64,000 nt of DNA, from the NCBI RefSeq assembly GCF_009914755.1, contig NC_060945.1, one strand, 5' to 3'. The stretch is from the human T2T-CHM13v2.0 reference genome, Homo sapiens. How positions within the stretch are numbered: the first letter of the stretch is position 1; every line of letters begins with the position of its first letter. A program made the position numbers and the translations under genes. The notes below the pieces were generated by a model, which saw nothing but the letters and a program-made list of their open reading frames with translations, was not told the DNA's origin and did no database searches. Positions 41,401 through 54,300 of the stretch are shown here, piece by piece.

Positions 41401-43380
41401 GGAATGGAAAGGAAAGGAATATACTGGTGTGGAATCAACAGTAGAGGAATGGAATGGAACGGAATGCAATGGAATGGAACAGAATGGAATGGAAAGGAAT
41501 GGAATGGAATCAACCCGAATTAAATGGAGTGGAATGGAATGGAATGGAATCAACCCGAGTGGAATGGAATTGATTGGAATGGAATGGAATGGAATGGAAT
41601 GGAATGGAATGGAATGAAATGGGATGGAATGGAATGGGATGGAATGGAATGGAATCAAACCGAATTAAATGGAGTGGAATGGAATGGAACGGAATCAACC
41701 CGAGTGGAATGGAATTGAATGGAATGGAATGGAATGGAATGGACAAGAATTGAATGGAATGGAAACACCCCGAGTGGAATGGAACGCAATGGAATGGAAT
41801 GGAATGGAAAGTAATGGAATTCAACGGAATGGAACTAACTCGAGTGGAATGGAATGGAATGGAATGGAATGGAATGGAATGGAAACAAACTCAACGGAAT
41901 GCAATCAAACAGAATGGAATGGAATGGAATGGAATGGAATGGGATGGAATGGAATAGAATGGAATGGAATCAACCCGAATGAAATGAAATGGAATGGAAT
42001 GGAATGGAATCAACCTGAGTGGAATGGAATGGAATGGAATGGAAAGGAATGGAATGTAATCAACCAGACTGGAATGGAAAGGAATGTAAAGGAATGAATG
42101 GAATTGAATGGAATGGAATGGTATGAACACAACCCGAGTGGAATAGAATGGAATGGAATGGAATGAAATAGAATGGAATGGAACGGAATCAACCCGAGAG
42201 GAATGGAATGGAATGAAATGGAAACAACCAGACTGGAATGGAACGGAACGGAATGCAATGGAATAGAACGGAATGGAATGGAACGGAACGAAATGGAATG
42301 GAATGGAATGGAATCAACCCGACTAGAATGGAATGGAACGGAATGAAATGAAGTGGAATGGAATGTAACGGAACGGAATTGAAATGAATGGAATGGAATG
42401 AAACCGAATGGAATGGATTGGAATGGATTGGAAGGGAATGCAATGCAATGGAATCAACCCGAATGGAATGCAGTGGAAAGGAATGGAGTGGAATTTTATG
42501 GAATGGAATGGAATGGAATGGAATGGAATGGAATGGAATGGAATAAACCCGAGCGGAATGGAATTGAATGGAAGGCAATGGAATGGAATGGAATGGAATG
42601 GAATGCATTGGAATCAACTGGAATGGAATGGAATGGAATGGAATGGAATGGAATGGAATTGAATCAATCCGGGTTTAATGGAATGGAATGGAATGGAGTC
42701 AAATGTAACGCAACGGAGTGGAATTGAATGGAATGGAATCAACCCGAATGGAATGGATTAGATTGGAATGCAATGGAATCAACCTGAGTGGAAAAGAATG
42801 GAATTGAATAGAATGGAATGGAATGGAATGGAATCAAGCGGAATGGAAAGGAAAGGAATGGAATGGAATGGAATGGAATGGAATGGAATGGAATGGAGTG
42901 AAATGGAATGGAATCAACACGATTGGAATGGAATGGAATGGAATGGAAGGGAATTGAATGGAATGGAATCAAACCGAGTGGAATGGAATGGAAAGGAATT
43001 GAAAGGAATGGAAAGGAAAGGAATATACTGGTGTGGAATCAACAGTAGAGGAATGGAATGGAACGGAATGCAATGGAATGGAACAGAATGGAATGGAAAG
43101 GAATGGAATGGAATCAACCCGAATTAAATGGAGTGGAATGGAATGGAATGGAATCAACCCGAATTAAATGGAGTGGAATGGAATGGAATGGAATCAACCC
43201 GAGTGGAATGGAATTGATTGGAATGGAATGGAATGGAATGGAATGGAATGGAATGGAATGGAATGGGATGGAATGGAATGGGATGGAATGGAATGGAATC
43301 AAACCGAATTAAATGGAGTGGAATGGAATGGAACGGAATCAACCCGAGTGGAATGGAATTGAATGGAATGGAATGGAATG
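38430..43380 (+). repeat. Tandem triplication of a ~1.65-kb higher-order unit
   Basis: ORFs starting 38446/40110/41754 and 38583/40247/41891 are (near-)identical at offsets of 1664 and 1644. The rare motif GAATATACTGGTGTGGAATCAACAGTAGAGG occurs at ~39763, 41417 and 43021. Confidence 0.95.
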
Positions 43381-45279
43381 GAATGGAATGGAATGGAATG
43401 GAATGGAATGGAATGGAATGGAATGGAATCAACCCGAGAGGAATGGAATGGATTGGAATGGAACAGAATGGAATGGAATGGAATGGAATGGAAATAACTC
43501 AACCCGAGTGTAATGGAATGGAGTGCAATGGAATGGAATGGAACGGTATGGAATGGAATTGAATGGAATGGAATCAACTAGAGGGTAAAGGAATGCAATG
43601 GAATGGATAGGAATGAAATGCAATGGAATGCAGTGGTATGGAATGGAGTCAAACCGAGAGGAAAGTAATGGAATGAAATTGAATGGAATGGAATGGAATG
43701 CAATGGAATGGAATTGAATGGAATAAACCCCAGAGGAACGGAATTGAATGGAATGGAATGGAATGGATAGTAATGGAATGGAATGAATTGGAATGGAATG
43801 GAATGGAATGAAATCAAACAGAGTGGAATGGAACTGAAAGAAATGGAATGGAATGGAATTTATTGGAATGGATTCAACTGGAATGGAATGAATTGGAATG
43901 GAATGGAATGGAATGGAATGGAATGCAATGGAATGGAATGGAAACAACCCGACTGGAATGGAATGCAATGGAATGCTATGGAATGGAATGGAATGGAATT
44001 CAATGTAATGGAAACAAACCGAGTGGAATGAAATGGAACGGAAAGGACTGACATGTAATGGAATGGATTGGAATCAACAGGATTCCAATGCAACGGAATG
44101 GAATGGAATGGAATGGAATGGAATGGAATGGAATGGAATGCAATGGAATGGAATGGAAGGGAATGGAATGGAATACAAAGGAATGGAATGTACAGGAATG
44201 GAATGGAATAGAATGGAATATAATTGAAAGGAATGGAATGGAATGGAATGGAATGAACCCGAGTGGAGTGGAATGGAATGGAATGGAAATGAATGGAATG
44301 CAATGGAATTAAATGGAAAGGAACGGAATGGAATCAACACGAGTGGAATGGAATGGAATGGAATGGAATGGAATCAACCCGAGTGGAATGGAATGGAATG
44401 GAGTTTAATGGAATGAAATAGAATAGATTGGTATTTAATCAACCTGAGAGGAATGGTATGGAATGGAATGGAATGGAATAAAATGGAATGGAATGGAATG
44501 GAATCAACCCGAGTGGAAGGGAATGGAATGGAATGGAATCAACCGGATTGGAATGGAATGGAATGGAATGGAGTGGAATGGAATGGAATGCAATGAAATG
44601 GAAAGGAATGCTATGGAATCAACCCGAGTGAAATGGAAATGAATGGAATGGAATGGAATGGAATGGAATGGAATCGAATGGAGTCAAGCCAAGTGCAATG
44701 GAATGGAATAGAATGCCACGGAATCAGCGCGAGTGGAATGGAATAGAAAGGCATGCAATGGAATGGGTTGGAAAGCAATGGAATGGAATCAACCCGACTG
44801 GAATGGAATGGAATGGAAAGGAATGAAGGGAATGGAATGGAATGGAAAGGTATGGAATCAACCCGAGTGGAATGGAATGGAAAGAAATGAAATGGAATGG
44901 AATGGAAAGGTATGGAATCAACCCGAGTGGAATGGAATGGAATGGAATGAAATGGAATGGAATGGAGTGGAATGGAAGGTAAGGCAATGGAATGGAATGG
45001 AATGGAATGGAACGGAACGGAATGGAATTGAATGGCATGGAATGAACCTGAACGGAATGGATTGGAATGGAATGGAATGGAATGGAATGGAATCGAATCA
45101 GCTCGAGTGGAATGAAATGTAATGGAATGCAGTGGAATGGAATGGAATTGAATGGAATGGAATGGAATGCAATGGAATGGAATGGAATGGAATCAAACGG
45201 ATTGGAATGGAATGGAATGGAATGGAATGGAATGGAATGGAATGGCATGGAATCAAACCGAGTGAAATGGAATGGAATG

Positions 45280-46320
45280 GTATGGAATCAACCCGAGTGG
45301 AATATTATCGAATGGAATGGAATTGAACGGAATGCATTGGAATAAAATGGAATGAAATGGAATGGAATCAACCAGAGTGGAATGGAATGGAATGGAGTGG
45401 AATGGAATATAATGGAATGGAACAGAATTAAATGGAAAGGAACGGAATGGAATCAACACGAGTGGAATGGAATGGGATGGAATGGAATGGAATCAACCCG
45501 AGTTGAATGGAATGGAATGGAATGCAATGGAATGAAACGGAATATAATGGAATGGAATGGAAACATCCCAAGAGGAAAGGAATGGTATGGAATGCAATGG
45601 AACGGAATGGAACAGAACGGAATGGAATGGAATGGAATAGATTGAATCAGAGAAGAATTGAGTGGAGAGGAATGGATTGGAATGGAATGTAATGCATTCA
45701 CCCCTAGTTGAATGTAATGGATTGGAAAGGAATGGAATGGAATGGAATGGCGTGGAATGGAATAGAATCAACTCGAGTGGAATGGAATGTAATGGAATGG
45801 AGTGGAATCGAATGGAATGGAATGGAGTCAACCCGAGTGGAATATTATCGAATGGAATGGAATGGAACGGAATGGAATAAAGGAATGGAATAAAATATAA
45901 TGGAATGGAATGGAATCAACCGGAGTGGAATGGAATGGAATGGAGTGGAATGGAATAAAATGGAATGGAATGGAACTAAATGGAAAGGATCAGAATGGAA
46001 TCAACACGAGTGGAATGGAATGGAATGGAATGGAATGGAATGGAATGGAATCAACCCGAGTGGAATGGAATGGAATGGAATGCAATGGAATGAAACAGAA
46101 TAAAGTGGAATGGAATGGAAACATCCCGAGTGGAATGGAATGGTATGGAATGCAATGGAACGGAATGGAACAGAACAGAATGGAATGGAATGGAATAGAT
46201 TGAATCAGAGAGGAATTGAAGGGAGAGGAATGGATTGGAATGGAATGGAATGGATTCAACCCTAGTTGAATGTCACGGATTGGAAAGGAATGGAATAGAA
46301 TGGAATGGAATGGAGTGGAA
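45280..46320 (+). repeat. ~550-bp diverged tandem duplication
   Basis: CAACCCGAGTGGAATATTATCG at 45289/45829; ATAGATTGAATCAGAG at 45637/46195. Confidence 0.8.
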
Positions 46321-49300
46321 TGGAATGGAGTGGAATCAACAAGAGTGGAATGGAACGGAATGGAATGGAATGGAATGGAATGGAATGGAATGGAATGGAA
46401 ACAACACGAATAGAATATAACGGAATGGAATATAATGCTGTGGAATGGAATGGAATGGAATGAAATAAACACGAATAGAATGGAACGGAATGGAATGGAA
46501 AGGAATGGAATGGAATGGAATGGAATAGAATGGAGTGAAATGGAAAGGAACGGACTGGAATTAATCCGAGTGGAATTGAATGGAATGTAATGCAATGGAA
46601 TGGAGCGGAATCAACCTGAGTGGAATGGAATGGAATGGAATGGAATGGAATGGAATGGAGTGGAATGGAATTGAATGGAATGCAATGGAATGGAATGGAA
46701 TGGGATCAACCCGAATGGAAGGGAACGGAATGGAATGGAAAGGAATGGAATGGAATGGAATGGAATAGAATGGAATTGAATAGATTGAATCAGAGAGGAA
46801 TTGAATGGAGAGGAATGGATTGGAATGGAATGCAATGGATTCAAATCTAGTTGAATGGAATGGAATGGAATGGAATGGAATGGAGTGGAATGGAATGGAG
46901 TGGAATCAACTGGAATGGAATGGAATGGAATGGAATGGAATGGAAACAACACGAATAGAATGGAACGGAATGGAATGGAATGCTGTGGAATGGAAAGGAG
47001 TGGAATGAAATAAACACGAACAGAGTGGAACGGAATGGAATGGAATGGAATGGAATGAAATGGAATGGAATGGAATGGAATGGAGTGAAATGGAAATGAA
47101 CGGAAAGGAACTAAACCGAGTGGAACTGAATGGAATGGAAAGGAATCAACCCGAGTGGAATGAAATGGAATGTAATGCAACGGAATGGAGCGGAATCAAC
47201 CTGAGTGGAATGTCATGGAATGGAATGGAATGGAATGGAATGAAATGAAATGGAATGGAACGGAATGGAAATAACCCGAGTGGAATGGAATGGAATGGAA
47301 AGGAATCAACCCGAGTGGAATGAAATGGAATGTAATGCAATGGAAAAGAGCGGAATCAACCCGAGTCGAATGAAATGGAATGGAATGGAAAGGAGTGGAA
47401 TGGAATGGAATGCAATGGAATTGAATGGAATGGGATGCAATGGAATGGAATGGAATCCAATGGAATCAACTGGAATGGAATAGCATAGAATGGAATGGAA
47501 TGGAATGGAATCAATCCGGGTGGAATGGAATGGAATGTATTGAGTGGAATGGAATGGAATGGAATGCAGTGGAATTTAATGGAATGGAATCAACCCGAAT
47601 GGAATGGAACGGAATGGAATGGAAAGGAATGGAATGGAATGGAATGGAATGGAATGGAATCAACCCGAATGGTATGGAATAGAATGGAATGGATTGGAAT
47701 GGAATGCAATGGAATGCTATGGAATCAATCCGAGTGTAAGGGAAATGCATGGAATGGAATGGAATGGACTGGAATTAACCCAATTGCAATGGAATGGAAT
47801 GGAATGCAACGGAATCAACCCAAGTGGAATGGAATGGAAAGGAATGGAATGAAATGGAATGGAAAGGAATAGAATGGAATCAACCTGAATGGAATGAATT
47901 GGAATGGAAAGGAATGAATGTAATGTAATGGAATGGAATGGAATGGAATGGAATGGAATGGGATGGAATCAACCCGAGTGGAATGGAATGGACAGGAATG
48001 GAATAGAATTGAATGGAATGGAATGGAATGGAATGGAATGGAATGGAATGGAATGCAATGGAATGGAATGGAATGGAACGGAATGGAATGGAATGGAACG
48101 GAATGGAAACGAATGAACCCGAGTGGAGTGAAATGGAATGTAATGCAATGGAATGGAGCGGAATCAACCTGATTGGAATTGAATGGAATGGAATGGAATG
48201 GAATGCAATGGAATGGAATTAAATCAACCCGAATGGAATGGAACGCAATGGAAAGGAAAGGAATGGAAAAGAATGGAATGGAAAGGAATGGAAAGGAATG
48301 GAATGGAATGGAATGGAATGGAATGGAATGGAATCATCCCTAGTGGAATGGAATGGTATGGAATGCAATGGAATGGAATGGAGCAGAACGGAATGGAGTG
48401 GAATGGAATAGATTGAATCCGAGAGGAATTGACTTGAGTGGAATGGATTGGAATGGAATGCAAGGGATTCAACCCATTTGAATGTCATGGATTGGAAAGG
48501 AGTGGAATGGATTGGAATGGAAAGGAGTGGAATGTAATGGAATAGAATCAACACGAATGGAATGGAACAGAATGGAATGGAATGGAAACAACACGAATGG
48601 AATGGAACGGAACGGAATGGAATGGAATGCTGTGGAATGGAAAGAATTGGAACGAAATAAACACGAATAGAATGGAACGGAATGGAATGGAAAGGAATGG
48701 AATGGAATGGAATGGAATGGAATGGAATGGAATGGAATGGAATGAAATGGAAAGGAACGGAATGGAATTAACCCGAGTGGAACGGAATGGAATGGAAAGG
48801 AATCAACCCGAGTGGAATGAAATGGAATGTAATGCAATGGAATGGAATGGAATGGAATGGTATGGAATCAACCCGAGTGGAATATTATCGAATGGAATGG
48901 AATGGAACGGAATGGAATGGAATAAAATGTAATGTAATGGAATGGAATCAACAGGAGTGCAATGGAATGGAATGGAGTGGAATGGAATATAATGGAATGG
49001 AATGGAATTAAATGGAAAGGAAAGGAATGGAAGCAACACGAGTGGAATGGAATCAACCCGAGTGGAATGGAATGGAATGCAATGCAATGGAATGAAACGG
49101 AATATAATGGAATAGAATGGAAACATCCTGAGTGGAATGGAATGGTACGGATTGCAATGGAACGGAATGGAAAAGAACGGAATGGAATGGAACGGAATAG
49201 ATTGAATCAGAGAGGAATTGATTGGAGAGGAATGGATTGGAATGGAATGCAATGGATTCAACGCTAGTTGAATATCATGGATTGGAAAGGAATGGAATGG

Positions 49301-49479
49301 AATGGAATGGAGTGGAGTGGAATGGAATAGAATCAACTCGATTGGAATGTAATGTAATGGAATGGAGTGGAATGGAATGGAATTGAATGGAATGGATGGA
49401 ATGGAATGGAATGGAATGGAATGGAATGGAATGGGGTGGAATGGAATGGAAAGCAATGAAATGGAAAGGAATGCTATGG

Positions 49480-50490
49480 AATCAACCCGAGTGTAATGGA
49501 AATGAATGGAATGGAATGGAATGGATTGGAATGGAATGGAATGGAATCAAGCCAAGTGCAATGGAATGGAATAGAATGCAACGGAATCAACACGAGTGGA
49601 ATGGAATAGAAAGGCATGCAATGGAATGGAATGGAAAGCAATGGAATGGAATCAACCCGACTGGAATGGAATGGAGTGGAAAGGAATGAATGGAATGGAA
49701 TGCAATGGAAAGGTATGGAATCAACCCGACTGGAATGGAATGGAATGGAATGGAATGGAATGGAATGGAATGGAGTGGAATGGAAGGCAATGCAATGGAA
49801 TGGAACGGAATGCAATGGAACGGAACGGAATGGAATTGAATGGCAGGGAATGAACCCGAATGGAATGGAATGGAATGGAATGGAATGGAATATAATCAAC
49901 TCGAGTGGAATGGAGTGTAATGGAATGGAGTGGAATGGAATGGAAATGAATGGAATGGAATGGAATGGAATGGAACGGAATGGAATGGAATGGAATCAAC
50001 ACGACAGGAAAGGAATGGAATGGAAAGGAATGGAATGGAATCAACCAGAGTGGAATGGAATGGAATGGAATGAAATGGAATTGAACGGAATACAATGGAA
50101 TTCAATGGAGTCACCCCGAGTGGAATGGCATGGTATGGAATGCAATGGAATGGAATGGAACAGAACGGAATGGAATGGAATCAATAGATTGAATCCGAGT
50201 GGAATTGAATGGAATGGAATGGATTCGAATTTAATGGAATGGATTGGAATGTAAAGCAATTATTTCAAACCGATTGGAATGTCATGGATTGGAATGGAGT
50301 GCAATGGAATGGAATGGAATGGAAAGGAATGGAGTGAAATGGAGTAAACACCAGTGGAATGAAATGGAATGGAATGAAATACAATGGAATGGAATGGAAT
50401 GGAATGAACCCGAATGGAATGGAATGGAATGAAATCAACCAGAGTGGAATGGAATGGTATGGAATGGAATCGAATGGAATGGAAAGGAAT
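49480..50490 (+). repeat. ~1-kb block paralogous to ~57170-58340
   Basis: CAAGCCAAGTGCAATGG ~49548/57247; CAATAGATTGAATCCGAGTGG ~50182/58016; TTTCAAACCGATTGG ~50263/58097; GGAGTAAACACCAGTGG 50341/58175. Confidence 0.82.
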
Positions 50491-51392
50491 GGAATCAACT
50501 CTAATGGAAAAAAATGGAATGGAATGGAATGGAAACAACACGAATGGAATGGAACGGAACGGAATGGAATGGAATGCTGTGGAATGGAAAAAATTGGAAC
50601 GAAATAAACACGAATAGAATGGAACAGAATGGAATGGAAAGGAATGGAATGGAATGGAATGGAATGGAATGGAATGGAATCGAATGAAATGGAAAGGAAC
50701 GGAATGGAATTAACCCAAGTGGAATGGAATGGAAAGGAATCAACCCGAGTGGAATGAAATGGAATGTAATGCAATGGAATGGAGCGGAATCAACCTGAGT
50801 CGAATGCAATGGAATGGAATGGAAAGGAGTGGAATGGAATGGAATGGAATGGAATGGAATGGGATGCAATGGAACGGAATAGAATCCAATGGAATCAACT
50901 CGAATGGAGTAGCATAGAATGGAATGGAATGGAATGGAATCAATCCGGGTGGAATGGAATGGAATGTATGGAGTGGACTGGAATGGAATGGAGTGGAATG
51001 GAATGGAATGGAATGCAGTGGAATTTAATGGATTGGAATCAACCCGAATGGAATGGAACGGAGTGGAATGGAAAGGAAAGGAATGGAATGGAATGGAACG
51101 GAACGGAATGGAATGGAATGGAATGGAATGGAATGGAATGGAATGGAATGGAATGCAATGGAATGCTATGGAATCAATCCGAGTGTAAGGGAAATGCATG
51201 GAATGGAATGGAATGGAATGGAATTAACCCAAGTGCAATGGAATGGAATAGAATGCAACGGAATCAACCCAAGTGGAATGTAATGGAAAGGAATGGAATG
51301 AAATGGAATGGAAAGAATGGAATGGATTCAACCCGAATGGAATGAAATGGAATGGAAAGGAATGAATGGAATGGAATGGAATGGAAAGGAAT

Positions 51393-54300
51393 CAACCCGA
51401 GTGGAATGAAATGGAATGTAATGCAATGTAATGGAGTGGAATCAACCTGATTGGAATGGAATGGAATGCAATGGAATGGAATGGAATGAAATCAACCCGA
51501 ATGGAATGGAACGGAATGGAAAGGAAAGGAATGGAATGGAATGGAATGGAAATGAATGGAATGGAATCATCCCGAGTGGAATGGAATGGTATAGAATGCA
51601 ATGGAATGGAATGGAACAGAACGGAATGGCGTGGAATGGAATAGATTGAATCCAAGAGGAATTGACTTGAGTGGAATGGATTGGAATGGAATGCAAGGGA
51701 TTCAACCCAGTTGAATGTCATGGATTGGAAAGGAGTGGAATGAATTGGAATGGAAAGGAGTGGAATGGAATGGAATGGAATCAACACGAATGGAATGGAA
51801 CGGAATGGAATTGAATGGAAACAACACGAATGGAATGGAAGGGAATGGAATGGAATGGAATGCTGTGGAATGGAAAAAATGGGAAAGAAAAAAACACGAA
51901 TTGAATGGAACAGAATGGAATGGAAAGGAATGGAATGGAATGGAATGGAATCGAATGAAATGGAAAGGAACGGAATGGAATTAACCCGAGTGGAACGGAA
52001 TGGAATCGAAAGGAATCAACCCGAGTGGATTGAAATGGAATGTAATGCAATGGAATGGAGCGGAATCAACCTGAGTCAAATGCAATGGAATGTAATGCAA
52101 TGGAATGGAGCGGAATCAACCTGAGTCAAATGCAATGGAATGTAATGGAAAGGAGTGGAATGGAAAGGAATGGAAAGGAATGGAATGAAATGGGATGCAA
52201 TGGAACAGAATGGAATCAAATGGAATCAACTGGAATGGAATAGCATAGAATGGAATGGAATGGAATGGAATCAATCCGGGTGGAATGGAATGGAATGTAA
52301 GGAGTGGAATAGAATGGAATGGAGTGGAATGGAATGGAATGTAATGCAGTGGAATTTAATGGAATGGAATCAACCCGAATGGAATGGAACGGAATTGAAT
52401 GGAATGGAATGGAATGGAATGGAATGGAATGTAATGGAATGCAATGAAATGGAATCAACCCGAATGGGATGGAATGGAATGGAATGCAATGGAATGGAAT
52501 GGAATGGAAAGGAATGCAATGGAATGCTATGGAATGAACCCGAGTGTAAGGGAAAAGCATGGAATGGAATGGAATGGAATGGAATCGAATCAACCCAAGT
52601 GCAATGGAATGGAATGGAATGCAACGGAATCAACCCGAGTGGAATGAAATGCAAAGGAATGGAATGAAATGGAATGGAAAGGAATGGAATGGAATCAACC
52701 CGAATGGAATGGAATAAAAAGGCATGCAATAGAATGGAATGGAAAGCAATGGAATAGAATCAACCCGACTGGAATGGAATGGAATAGAAAGGAATGAATG
52801 TAAAGGAATGGAATGGAAAGGTATGCAATCAACTCCAGTGGAATGGAATGGAATGGAATGGAATGGAATGGAGAAGAATGGAAGGCAAAGCAATGGAATG
52901 GAAAGGAATGGAATGGAATGGAATGGAATGGAATGGAATGGAATGGAATCAACTCGAGTGAAATGGAATGTAATGAAATGGAGTGGAACGGAATGGAATT
53001 GAATGGAAAGGAATGGAACGGAATGGAATGGAATGGAATCGAATGCAATGAACCCAAATGGAATGGAATGGAATGGAATGGAATGGAATGGAATGGAAAG
53101 GAATGGAATGGAATGGAAAAAACCCGACTGGAATGGAATGGAATGGAATGGAATGGAGTGGAATGGAAGGCAATGCAATGGAATGGAATGGAATGGAAAG
53201 GAATGGATCGGAATGGAATTAAATGGCATGGAATGGAATCAACCCGTATCGAATGGAATGGAATGGAATGGAATGGAATGGAATGGAATGGAATGGAATC
53301 AACCCGAATGGAATGGAATGGAATGGAAAGGAATGAATGGAATTGAATGCAATGCAATGGAATGGAATGGAATGGGATGGAATCAACCCGAGTGGAATGG
53401 AATGGACTGGAATGGAATAGAATGGAATGGATTGGAATGGAATGCAGTGGCATGGAATTGAATGGAAAGGAACGCAATGGAATGGAATGGAAAGGAATCA
53501 ACCCGAATGGAATGAAATGGAATGTAATGCAATGGAATGGAGCGGAATCAACCTGATTGGAATGGAATGGAATGGAATGGAATGCAATGGAATGGAATGG
53601 AAAGAAATCAACCCGAATGGAATTTAATGGAATGGAAAGGAAAAGAATGGAATGGAATGGAATGGAATCGAATGCAATGGAATGGAATGGAATGGAATGG
53701 AATGGAATGGAATGGAATCATCCCGAGTGGAATGGAATGGTATGGAATGCAATGGAATGGAATGGAACAGAACGGAATGGAGAGGAATGGAATAGATTGA
53801 ATCCGAGAGGAATTGACTTGAGTGGAATGGATTGGAATGGAATGCAAGGGATTTAACCCAGTTGAATGTCATGGATTGGAAAGGAGTGGAATGGAATGGA
53901 ATGGAAAGGAGTGGAATGGAATGGAATGGAATCAACACGAATGGAACGGAACGCAATGGATGGAATGGAAACAACACGAATGGAATGGAACGGAACGGAA
54001 TGGAATGGAATGCTTTGGAATGGAAAGAATTGGAACGAAATAAACACGAATAGAATGGAACAGAATGGAATGGAATGGAATGGAATGGAATGGAATGGAA
54101 TGAAATGGAAAGGAACGGAATGGAATTAACCCGAGTGGAACGGAATGGAATGGAAAGGAATCAATCCGAGTGGAATGAAATGGAATGTAATGCAATGCAA
54201 TGGAGCGGAATCAACCTGAGTCGAATGCAATGGAATGGAATGGAAAGGAGTGGAATGGAATGGAGTGGAATGGAATTGAATGGAATGGAATGCAATGGGA

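Larger units (their letters stand above)
1..44300 (+). repeat. HSat3 sequence domain A (left motif set)
   Basis: Recurrent diagnostic motifs: TTCAAC(G/A/T)TAATG.AA.CAA.CC.AGTGG-like at ~168, 1688, 3986, 11694, 17426, 20660, 23098, 27748, 32211, 32416, 37853 and 43999; CAACATTAGTGG at ~6591, 8551, 9116, 12089, 14549, 28846, 29963 and 37405; and CAACTCGAGGGGAAAGG. I did not see these after ~44.3 kb. Confidence 0.7.

Noticed and set aside
39430-42770. GGATTAGATTG in the 1.65-kb unit as a DUX4 site
   Set aside because: It mismatches both terminal positions of TGATTAGATTA; too weak to support.
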